Shown in pieces: positions 1 to 9,305 of a stretch of 64,000 nucleotides of DNA (its first letter is position 1; each line of letters opens with the position of its first letter). The DNA comes from Mantamonas sphyraenae STR306 (taxonomy: Eukaryota; Protista; CRuMs). The notes below the pieces were generated by a model. That model was given only the letters and a program-made list of their open reading frames with translations, was not told where the DNA came from and ran no database searches. The stretch covers positions 514,112 through 578,111 of the forward strand of contig JAPMXV010000051.1 of assembly GCA_026936335.1 (NCBI GenBank), written 5' to 3'. The translations under genes were made by a program, and so were the position numbers.

Positions 1-2490
1 ACAAAGAGCTGACGGGCACGGAACAGATCCTCAAAGTGCTTGGGGCGCACAGTGTCCGGAATGATACCCATGAGATCGTCGACAAAGAGTCCCTGGGAAG
101 AGCGTGGCACGGGGATGCCCAGCACGGCAGCGATGGTTGGGGCAATGTCGATGTTGCTGACGGGCTTACGGTCAAAGCGGGGGCCTCCGTAGGCCTTGGC
201 CTCAGCCTTGGTGCGCAGGCCGCTGTTCTTCATGTAAAAGTAAAGCGGGACGGTGGTGACGATGGGTGAGTCACCTCCGTGGCCTCCGCGTCCGAGCATG
301 CCGTGGTCGCTGACGATAGCCACGAGGGTGTTCTCGTCGATGACGTTGAGCAGATTCTGGAAAATCTTGGTCTTGTTGGCAATGGCGCCGTTGTAGGTGT
401 CACCCGAGTTGTACTCCGGGAGAGCGCCAAAGTAGTGGCCCTGGAAGTCAATGTCGGAAAAGTGGCACAGGAAGAACTTGTAGGGGTCGACGGTCTGGGT
501 CATCGCCTGGATGAGCACCTCACCACGCGCTTCGTCGGTGGGGTTGTTTGTCTGCGGCCCTGAGGCGGACGGATCATAGGCAAGGTTGACGGTGCCGTCT
601 CCGTTGAGACGCGGCAGCTGGCTTTTGATGAGGTTTGTGAACCAACCGGAGCCGGTGATGCCACGGTTGATGCCAAAGAGGCGGGCCTGGCGATAGATGG
701 TGTCATAGAGGGTCTCTGGCACGAGCAGATTGCCCCAAACGCCCGAGAGCTCAGGCTTGACACCCGAGATGATGGTGAGCCAGTTGGGCACACTCATACT
801 GGGCAGTTGGGCACTTATGTTGTAGAAGAGCGAGTGTGGTTTCACGGTGTCGCTGTCCATGACCTGTCGCCATGTCGGGTTGGCGTCACCATAGCTGCTG
901 AAGCCGTCCATGACAAGCACCACCACGGTGTAGTTGGTGTGCGTGCGGTTGGGCCCAAAGTGGTTCTGCACAGTGGACTCCTTGTTCATAGTAGTGATCT
1001 GGTCCACCTCAAAGTACTCGCCCTGTTGGGGCAACGTACAATTGGTGGGCAGAGGGATGGAGACCGTGGGAGGGCCGAGGACGGGGTGGAAAGTTGTGTG
1101 AGGACGGCGCGCCCAAGAGGGGAAATCCTGGAACCAAGGAAGGCAACGGTGAGGAGGGTTCGGAAACGGGCATAACTGACCAGAGTGGACACGGTCTTGC
1201 GCAGTTCGGCGACATAGTTGCCGGCGGAGAGGAAGAAGACAAAGAGGGTTGCGTAGAACATGTAGTTTTCGCCAATCTTGAAGCGGCGGTAGATGGCCGA
1301 GCGCGTGGTGCGCAGCTCTTCGATAGTCTCGAGCTTCGTGAGCAGGGCGTTCTTCTTCTTGTGGTTTGTGTTGCCGGACCAGGTCTGGCGCTTGTGCTTG
1401 CCAAACTCTGTGGGAAGGCGGGGGGCCAAAGAGAAAGCAAACGGGACCGGGTTTGGGCGGGGAGCGGTTGCGAGGGTGTCAGACGCTTTGACAGGGCGAG
1501 AGGAAGGGTGCATGCGACGTGTAAAGCACCACGGGTTGGCGGTAGGGTAGATAATGGCAGGCTGGAGAACGGGAAGGCGATGTGTGTGTGTGTGTGCGTG
1601 TTTGTGGGCGCTTGTGTGGCGGGCGGGCGAGAGGGCGCGTGGCAAATCCAGGAACGGCCAAACGAGGGAAAACTGACCCTGCTTCTTCTGGTGCTTCTCG
1701 TACATCCAGATGATAAAGAGGAGTAGGACGAGCTCAAAGAAGCGAATGGCCATGGCGGCATAGACCATGGCGAGACGGAGGGGAGTCGGGTAGGCAGCGT
1801 TTGTCAGGTCGAGGGTGTACGTAAACACCTTCATGATGACGATGAGAAAGAAGCGCTGGGGCGAGTCTTCAGGCACAGGCTGGATACCCAAGGTAAGGGA
1901 GAAGAGGCTGAGAAGGATGGTGCCGATGGTTGCGAGCAGTTGAATGGTCTGGATGTCCGAGGTTTCGTCAGACACGGTGGGCACGCCGTGTGCTTTGGAG
2001 CCAAAAATGGAAAAGCCGCATTCCGAGGTCAAGGGCAACAACCGATGGGTAGGGTCACAACAGGGACAGGACAGGCCGCTACGTGGGTGCGTGCAGCGGC
2101 CGGGGCTTTCGGTGCATGCAGGCCAGTGATGCAAAGGGGAAACGCGGGCTGGGAAGGCAGCCAGCTCCGGGAACCGGGCAACGAGCGCAGTAAACAGGCA
2201 CAAGGGCTTCGCACAAGTTTGGCACAGGGACTGTCAAGGATATTTGTGTTTGTCTGCGGGTAGGATCGGTCGTCGGGCAACGAAAGGAAGACAACGGCAA
2301 GCACAAGGTCGATGATGAGCAGGACCAACAGCGGCAGTCGGTACTTGTTGACGTACTTCTTCATGCCGCTGTTGGTGTCCCCCACCAAGGGCATGAATGA
2401 CCCGCTGGCGGAGCGCTCGGCGATGTTTGTCAATTCGGTGTCGGACAAGGTGGACATCACGTGTGCGTTGGTTGCACGGGCGGTCGCCAT
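1..2490 (-). CDS. Membrane protein with alkaline-phosphatase-superfamily catalytic domain (GPI ethanolamine-phosphate transferase PIG-O/PIG-G-like or phosphodiesterase); multi-exon, 3' end runs off the window
   Basis: Manual translation of the minus strand from 1022 to 1 gives VVVLVMDG, LPSMSVPNWLT, FSDIDFQGH, IVSDHGMLGRGGHGG and NIDIAPTIAAVLGIPVPRSSQG. Upstream exons (2490-2215, ~2078-1678, ~1407-1181) encode several hydrophobic segments and are joined by GT..AG introns. Confidence 0.75.
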
Positions 2491-2716
2491 CGAGCATTTG
2501 TCGAGCTACAGTGAATTCGGGTCAAGTTGAGCCTCGCGCCGCAAACCCCGTTGCCAATGAAAATCCCCTTTCTGAAGTTTGTTCATTCCACCTTTGGCAT
2601 GGCGCCTGCATTTGTGTGTCATGGGGCTGTGCTCGTTGTATTTGGCCCGTATGGCCTGCAGATGGAGGACCGAACGCCAAACAAGCTGCGCCACAGGGGG
2701 CAAGAAAACGCGCACA

Positions 2717-5700
2717 ATGAGCGAACACCACGCAAAGCATGCAAAGCATAATGACAAACGGAAACGTAGCCACAGCAACATCGCCCTTGACAACGACGGT
2801 GAGGACGGCCTTTCGGTTTCCGAGCGGTCCGGAATGAAGCGTTCGCGCCGCCACGTCTGTGCTTCTGTTCATTGTGACAATGGCGTGGGACTGCAAGAAC
2901 GATTCTGTGATGTGTGTGTGCTTGGTGTAAGCGCCCGGGAGACTGTGGTGGACGTGCAAGGGCCACGCCGAAGTTTGAAGGTGGAGGGAGGTGTAGGAAG
3001 CGTCAGGATGTTTGCAGCCGCTCAGGCGGCTATGGACACGGAATCGGTTTCTGGCGACTATGAGGAGTACAGCGAGGATGAGGAGTACAGCGATGATGAG
3101 GAGGACAGTGAGGATGAGGAGTACAGCCCGGTCGCAAGACGTCCAAGGAAAGCGCAGGAGGGCAAAAAACGGAAACCGACTGAATCGGACCAAGTGTCGG
3201 TCCAATTGGCCCACGGGCGACAAGGAGGCAGTGGCAAGGCGAGGCGACAGCAAGATATCTTGGCAACCTACGGTATCGAATTTGAGCAAGGCATGACTCA
3301 GCTGGAAGGCGACGTGAAAGTGCTGGTTGATGTCAGCTCCGTGGTCCACACGGTCGTGGAGGCGGCCGCCCGCGTGTCAGACGTACCCGAAGAGAAGGTG
3401 CGTGAACTGGTTACACGATGTGTCGAGGCTGAGAAAGCGGCCACAGAACTGCGGGTGGACCTTCGGAATGCGAATGTCAGGTACGTGCTCGTCTGCGATC
3501 TGAAGCCCGAGTTTCTCGATGAGCAGGCCCAGTCAGTTGGCTTCGGCACGCACCTACGGCGCATGGAGAACACGCTGGCGCATGTGGCGACCATGAGCAA
3601 GACGTTGCGCAAGTTGAAACGGGAGAAGGCCGACTTGAAGACACTAGCACAGGGGCATACGTTGAGTTTGACTGGACAGGCGCAGGTTGCTGTCTATCAT
3701 GCTGTAAAACACCTGTGTTCCCAGCACGATGTGTACGAGTGTGGCAACGACAAGGTGAATGAGAACCCCGGTGCATGTCTGGCTGACGACGTCAAAAACG
3801 AGCTGGTGCGTTTGTACAACCACGATCAACACGTCACCTTTGTGATCACCCTGCATGATAGTGATTGGGGATACAACGTCGCCGAGCACCCAGTTGTTCT
3901 CCTGCACCCTCGCCTTGGCTTCGCAATCGTCGAGCCGCACGTTGGCCGTTTGATGTCACTCGTGGCGGCGTTGCTGTTGTCGAGCGACATTGAGGCAGCC
4001 GTGCGAGCTCCGCGCAGGAACATGCTGCGGCTGGATGCCGGGAGCCTGAATGAGTTGCTGGCGGGCGGCGGGAGCCTGCTGACGTACATCTACCAACCGA
4101 TCCTTTGGGACGACAAGTCCGTGGCACATCTACTGCAAGGCACACGGGGCACACAACCTGCTTCCAAGCACCTGGACCTGGTGCAGGAGCACGCCCAGAA
4201 GTATCTTGCAGCCGTGAAGGTCCACCTGTGTCAAATGGGCTTCGACGACCGCACGATCAACACCCTCACGTCATTGCACGCATGGGACGCCGTGTTCGAT
4301 ACGGGTGGAACGAAAGCTGAGCTGGATTGGAGTGGCCTGCCTGGTCCTCAGGTGCTGGGCCAAGTCGACCTGGGTGGTGGCCGACACATTGGCTCCCTGT
4401 TTGCGGCGTACGCCAATGATTATGCCGTGACAGACCATGACACATTGCGAAAGGCACGTCTGCTCCCACCGGGAGAGGTGGTGGAGCAGGCGCGCCAGCT
4501 GGAAGGCGAACAGACCCTGCGTGGCGCACTGGACGGCCTGAAGGAACAGATTCGGACGCGTTGGGAGGCGATGAAGCGACACGATGCATCACATGTGCCG
4601 TTGGAGAACATCGGATCCAGATACGCGTACCCGGTGACGGTTGACGTGGCGGCAGAGGGTGTCGAGGGCCTTGTGGCAGCGGCGCGGGGCACAGACGAGA
4701 TCGAGTACACCAACCCTGCTTCCATGTACAACAACATGATCTCGGTCAAGAAGTGGGAAGCCCTGTGCAAGAAGCATGCCGACAATGGGAAGCGCGAGCG
4801 GCTCAGCAAGATGCGTGGCGTGCTTGAGGAAGCCGTGCGCGACAAGCTCAACACGAAGATGACCAAGGCGATGAAGAAGGCGGGTGTTGATGCCTCCATG
4901 GACGTGTTCGTGGGCGACAATCAACAGCTGGCCGCCATCCTTGGTCCAACGCCACCCAGCTCTGGCGAGGCGGTCTTTTGGGACACAATGGCCAGCAATG
5001 CCATCGACTACGTGTACCAAAAGCAAGACGACGATGACGATGGCCACGGTGCCTCGCGACTGGACGCAGTGATCAACACAATTCTGCCGGACCCGGAGGA
5101 CAACGAGTGGGAAGTATTCATGGGCTTCTCGACACCAAAGCTGGACTCGGACCATACTGAGCGTCTGGCATCGTCTTCGTGTGTGGTGGAGCTCGGCAGC
5201 CTCGAGAAACTGCGAAATGCTGCGCTCATCAACGCACGATCCGTGGAAGAGTTGGATGCGATGGCGCACGCCTTTGGGCTTATCGTTGCCATCCAGTGTG
5301 ATTTGCTCGAGTGTGGTCTGCTGGAACCAAGCAAAGACCTCGAGAACGTGCTGTCGGCTTGCTTGCAGCTCAACGTAGGCCGATTCTACCTGAAGCCGCC
5401 GTCTGCGGTGGAGATCACATGCGAGGCAACCCCGAAGCTCCACAACTTCCCCAAGTACATCTCTGTGACAGCTGACCTCGTGTTGAGCAGACAACCGAGC
5501 GGTGGAGTCGTTGCGGAGTATCTGGATGAGCTGGCACCCGAGGAAGCGAGGTGTGGCATCGACCTGCGTTGTCTCCCCAGTGGAGCCTTCACAGCCCTTT
5601 GCCAGCGGGGAGCTGCACTCGTGCTGACCAACTGGAAGGTCATGCTGATCAACCAGGCCGTTGACAACTTGGTCGACCTGGTGGTGGCAAGCAACGGCGA

Positions 5701-8185
5701 CGTCGAGCGCCGTGATGTCCTGGCAGTTGTCAAACGCCTGCACAAAGGAGTGGATGACGAAGAGGACACTGATGCTCAAGACACACCAACAAGCAAGGCA
5801 TGCGAGCACGCGGTCGCGACTGTGCTGCGCGAAGTGGTGGGGCTTTCTGTGGACAAGTACAAGGCGCTGATGTGCAACGATCCGAGCGACTCCGGCGCCG
5901 ACTCTCATGTTTGCGCGTACGAGCTGGCCAGAGAATGCCAGTCCACACGCAAGCTGTACCCGGTCAAACAGTCTCTTCATCACCAGCTCGCGGTCGAACG
6001 GGAAAAGCTGTTTGGACGATGGGCCCTTTCCGCACTCTGTGACGGGTTGCTGGATGTTTGCTGGGAAGGCAAGGAGGACACAATGCTTGCGTGGTCCATT
6101 CTGTGCGGTGCAGTCGCATCCAGTCCAGGTGCGTGCTCCTCAGAAGGCGAGTACTTTCCACCTCCGTGTCTGCAGTGCGTGGCAGGAGGCCCGTGCGACT
6201 GTGCCGTGGGCAGCTGGCTGAGGGGGGCAAAGCTGGCTCGTAATGGCCAACATGTGCATGCCCTGAGGGCTTCGTTTGCGTGGCACATGGTCAAGATCGG
6301 GGAGGAGAACGGGAGCAGCCGCTTGTTCTCGCGCGACGCCATCAAGGCGATGCAAGTGTGTGCATCCAGGTGCGCCAACGGCACAGCACGTGTTGTCACG
6401 CACAATGAGGACCACAACATCATCCCAGGGGAGGACATGGGCACGTACACAGACCCGCTCCTGCTCGCGGCCTTCAACGTTTTCGCCGTGGTTGACCCTA
6501 TGCACGCGCCCAGGATTTCAAAGACACCCTTCATCAACGATGGGCATCTGTCCATCCGCCTCTTCTCTGCGGTACACGCTCTGCACGTTCGCCATTGGCA
6601 GGTGCCGGCAGGGCCTGGCCAACGCCGGTTGTACTACCTGGAACATCTCATCCTTCCCGATGAACGGCTCTCGCTGTTCCCTACTTTGCGTGCGTGTCTG
6701 AATCTGCTCCGCAATCCAACCGCTACGTCTTTGTCAGACACGAAACCAGTCGATGACGCCCAGCTGCTGCGCTTCCTGAAGGGCAATGTGGGGTTCCTGG
6801 AGGATGCGCCACTTGCTGAGCGTGCACAATCGTCACCGTTTCTGTCTCACAGCAAACCCAGGTACAACTTTGCGATTCATGGCAAGGGTGCCCTGGAAGG
6901 AACGTCGACAAGGTGCCGCGACAAAGACGCACACACTGAGGATCAAGGCAACCAACGACGCCTCATCGAACGTGTTGCTGCTGTGACTATCCTTCTGTGC
7001 CAGGTTGCCATGTACGTGGCCGCACACCAGCACCGGGAGCGTGGGAAGGAGGTTGAGGACCCACACGAGGCCGACGGCGACGGAGCGACTCCAACACAGA
7101 CCGAGGCTGTGCATAAGCTGCTCCGCAAGTGGCTTCCACAATCGGCGGACAAGATTATTGCCCTGAAGCTGTGCCCAGAGTCCATGGAGCACAGCAGACG
7201 ACCACACGGTGTTGTGAGCTCGTTCTCCAGGCTCATCCCATTGAGCTCGAAGGCAAATGCGCGCTTGCAGTTCCTTGCCATGGATCCAGGCATTTCGAAT
7301 GCGCCTTCAGCTCTGTACATCCCACGCACGGAGCTCGTTGAGAACCACAATGTGCTTCACTTTGCAGACGCCTGGCGTTTTTCACCACCGTCACTGGGTG
7401 CCATGGAGCGCAGGACAGGGATCAAGCGCGACAACGCTCTGCTCTCGGCGACAGTGCGTGAGAAGATGCAGGAACTGCGAAGCAAACGATCTGGGTTGTT
7501 TGTGGACGTGCACACCGCAGCCAGGGCTGGACGGGTGGTGAAGAGTCAGTGCAGCGGCAAGATCCTGGAGTCTGAACAAGGGTCATCCGCTCAGTTCAAT
7601 GAGGGATGCAGCCAGAGGGGCGACAGCAAGACGCATGATCGACGCGAACAGAAAAGACGGATCCGAAAGATGAGGGAGCAATGGCTGGCACAGGTGCGGG
7701 CGACAGAGAAGATGCAGTTGGAGTTGGAGGAGGGGCAAGTGCGAGGCATCACACTGATGGAGGAGGGGCAACTGCGACGCATCACACTGCTGTGCATCGG
7801 TGACGGATTCAAGGGCGGCCGTGGTGGAGTGAAGAAACTGGAGGAGCTGGCCAAGCACAACATGATTGTTGTGCGTGTGAACGAGTGCAATACGACGCTG
7901 AGATGTCCCACATGTGGCAGTGTGCACAAGAGCAAGCACGGAAGTGACCGCACTGCGCGTGTCAAGTACTGCGAGCGATGTGAGATGCACCGGAACAGGG
8001 ATTTCGCGAGTGCGCAGGCGATCGCCAACAAGGTGTTTGCTGCCCTTCGCGGCCACACCATATGGTGCATGACCAAGGTTTGGCAACGGAGTCAGATCGG
8101 AAGGACGTTTCGAAGCAAGATTGGTCTGCCAGAGAATGTGGACGGCGAGGCACAGAACCTGGAGGCGAATTCGAGTGCAGGCTGA
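2717..8185 (+). CDS. Giant Fanzor/TnpB-family RNA-guided endonuclease-like protein (~1822 aa) with N-terminal FEN1/XPG-like PIN domain
   Basis: Uninterrupted ORF (open from 2579; likely ATG 2717). RuvC-I FLAMDPG (D codon 7283); LLCIGDG (7787-7807); RuvC-II VVRVNECNTT (E codon 7883); zinc finger CPTC (7904-7915) and CERC (7970-7981); RuvC-III RNRDFASAQAI (D codon 8000). N-terminal basic NLS-like tracts. Confidence 0.85.
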   Translation: MSEHHAKHAKHNDKRKRSHSNIALDNDGEDGLSVSERSGMKRSRRHVCASVHCDNGVGLQERFCDVCVLGVSARETVVDVQGPRRSLKVEGGVGSVRMFAAAQAAMDTESVSGDYEEYSEDEEYSDDEEDSEDEEYSPVARRPRKAQEGKKRKPTESDQVSVQLAHGRQGGSGKARRQQDILATYGIEFEQGMTQLEGDVKVLVDVSSVVHTVVEAAARVSDVPEEKVRELVTRCVEAEKAATELRVDLRNANVRYVLVCDLKPEFLDEQAQSVGFGTHLRRMENTLAHVATMSKTLRKLKREKADLKTLAQGHTLSLTGQAQVAVYHAVKHLCSQHDVYECGNDKVNENPGACLADDVKNELVRLYNHDQHVTFVITLHDSDWGYNVAEHPVVLLHPRLGFAIVEPHVGRLMSLVAALLLSSDIEAAVRAPRRNMLRLDAGSLNELLAGGGSLLTYIYQPILWDDKSVAHLLQGTRGTQPASKHLDLVQEHAQKYLAAVKVHLCQMGFDDRTINTLTSLHAWDAVFDTGGTKAELDWSGLPGPQVLGQVDLGGGRHIGSLFAAYANDYAVTDHDTLRKARLLPPGEVVEQARQLEGEQTLRGALDGLKEQIRTRWEAMKRHDASHVPLENIGSRYAYPVTVDVAAEGVEGLVAAARGTDEIEYTNPASMYNNMISVKKWEALCKKHADNGKRERLSKMRGVLEEAVRDKLNTKMTKAMKKAGVDASMDVFVGDNQQLAAILGPTPPSSGEAVFWDTMASNAIDYVYQKQDDDDDGHGASRLDAVINTILPDPEDNEWEVFMGFSTPKLDSDHTERLASSSCVVELGSLEKLRNAALINARSVEELDAMAHAFGLIVAIQCDLLECGLLEPSKDLENVLSACLQLNVGRFYLKPPSAVEITCEATPKLHNFPKYISVTADLVLSRQPSGGVVAEYLDELAPEEARCGIDLRCLPSGAFTALCQRGAALVLTNWKVMLINQAVDNLVDLVVASNGDVERRDVLAVVKRLHKGVDDEEDTDAQDTPTSKACEHAVATVLREVVGLSVDKYKALMCNDPSDSGADSHVCAYELARECQSTRKLYPVKQSLHHQLAVEREKLFGRWALSALCDGLLDVCWEGKEDTMLAWSILCGAVASSPGACSSEGEYFPPPCLQCVAGGPCDCAVGSWLRGAKLARNGQHVHALRASFAWHMVKIGEENGSSRLFSRDAIKAMQVCASRCANGTARVVTHNEDHNIIPGEDMGTYTDPLLLAAFNVFAVVDPMHAPRISKTPFINDGHLSIRLFSAVHALHVRHWQVPAGPGQRRLYYLEHLILPDERLSLFPTLRACLNLLRNPTATSLSDTKPVDDAQLLRFLKGNVGFLEDAPLAERAQSSPFLSHSKPRYNFAIHGKGALEGTSTRCRDKDAHTEDQGNQRRLIERVAAVTILLCQVAMYVAAHQHRERGKEVEDPHEADGDGATPTQTEAVHKLLRKWLPQSADKIIALKLCPESMEHSRRPHGVVSSFSRLIPLSSKANARLQFLAMDPGISNAPSALYIPRTELVENHNVLHFADAWRFSPPSLGAMERRTGIKRDNALLSATVREKMQELRSKRSGLFVDVHTAARAGRVVKSQCSGKILESEQGSSAQFNEGCSQRGDSKTHDRREQKRRIRKMREQWLAQVRATEKMQLELEEGQVRGITLMEEGQLRRITLLCIGDGFKGGRGGVKKLEELAKHNMIVVRVNECNTTLRCPTCGSVHKSKHGSDRTARVKYCERCEMHRNRDFASAQAIANKVFAALRGHTIWCMTKVWQRSQIGRTFRSKIGLPENVDGEAQNLEANSSAG
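3062..3127 (+). repeat. 18-nt coding tandem repeat (EEYSED-like units) in the Fanzor N-terminus
   Basis: gaggagtacagcgaggat-like unit repeated ~3.5 times. Confidence 0.8.
7725..7790 (+). repeat. 33-nt imperfect tandem duplication inside the Fanzor RuvC region (EEGQVRGITLM/EEGQLRRITLL)
   Basis: tggaggaggggcaagtgcgaggcatcacactga followed by tggaggaggggcaactgcgacgcatcacactgc. Confidence 0.85.
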
Positions 8186-8500
8186 GGACGGGGCACCAGA
8201 ACCGTCAACCAACCAACCAACCAACACTGAGTGTATACCACTCCTCACAGGACGTAGGTTTTGTTTTCCCGAGCCCAATCGCGTTGCGCCAGCTCACACA
8301 AAAGTTTCAATTTGAACCGAACAGCCTGTAAGAGATTGAAGGTGTGCTGTATTTCTCGTAAGTGCGTGAACGCACGCCAACGCACTACATACAAATACTT
8401 GACCATGCCCAAAAGTTGGCTTGCTTCTGGACAATGGCTACCAGGGCGTCGTTGCTGGATGCCCTGGTTATTTTGCTTGAACATCGAGCGGTGGCTTGCG
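8186..8500 (+). ncRNA. Candidate omegaRNA / Fanzor right-end region (boundaries unknown)
   Basis: Position directly 3' of a Fanzor-like ORF; no recognisable protein; small hairpins GAGTG-tatac-CACTC (~8229-8243) and GTGCG-tgaa-CGCAC (~8362-8375). Inferred mainly from position. Confidence 0.3.
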
Positions 8501-9305
8501 CTCGATGTGCTCCGTCTCTTGGAGCAGCTCCCGTCGTCGATGGAGCTGCATCAGATCATGTTCACTCACTCCTCCGTTTGAGTGGTGTTGGTATGATCAT
8601 TGGACGTGTCCGTGACTGCTGCTTCGCTCGGCCTGCTGAATGGAACGGGTCGTTGTCCCGATTTGATCTGCTCAACAGTGATCCAGAAAAATGCCTCGCA
8701 CGAGTGCTGGTCTCGTTGCATTGCTACGTGCAGCGGAATCTTCACGTCGTTGTGAATTTCCCGTTGCAGTAGTGCAAACAAGGTCTGCTTGCGTGTGTGT
8801 TGATCTTGAACGTTGGGTTCATTGCACTGGGCATGTTGGTTTGGTGACAATTGCTGATCCGTCAGGTTGGCGTCTGGTGCGCCTTGTCCATCACACCTGC
8901 TTGACATCCCTTCTCGTCCACACAATGCATTATTCGCAAGGATTCATTGTTTCCATTGTATAGATGACTTTGGTAAGCTTCTTTCAGTGCACGTGGAAAC
9001 CGAGGGGAGTGGGTACGATTGGCCGTTAGAGCACAGCCATGAGCACACGCCAAACCGGGGTGTGAACATCTCTGTGATCACAAAGGACCCACAGATGAGT
9101 GATATCATGTCTTGGTGAACATTCTATGTGTTTTTGGGCGTTGTTCTCGGTGGTGAGGGCCACGTTCACGCTCAATTGCAACCAACTGTGCAAAAGCAAA
9201 AACAAAAACAAAATGCAGAAAAAGTACATAGTCTCGATCCATGGCGTCGGGTGCGTATGTGTGCGTTTGGACCAGCTGCTGGGCTCCAAACAAGCCGCGC
9301 GAACA

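Noticed and set aside
2579-2716. ORF-track extension of the Fanzor ORF to 1868 aa
   Set aside because: It starts at a non-ATG codon in the divergent promoter region; ATG 2717 is the more plausible start, though in-frame upstream ATGs exist.
2614-9048. Possible degenerate terminal inverted repeat around the Fanzor: GTGTGTCATGGGGCTGTGCTC (2614-2634) vs GAGCACAGCCATGAGCACAC (9029-9048)
   Set aside because: Only 10 bp exact plus a gapped extension and no target-site duplication seen; compatible with chance. Multiple copies are needed to define the ends.
8245-9118. Short ORFs (79-136 aa) downstream of the Fanzor
   Set aside because: No recognisable motifs or host-like codon bias; no transposase signature.
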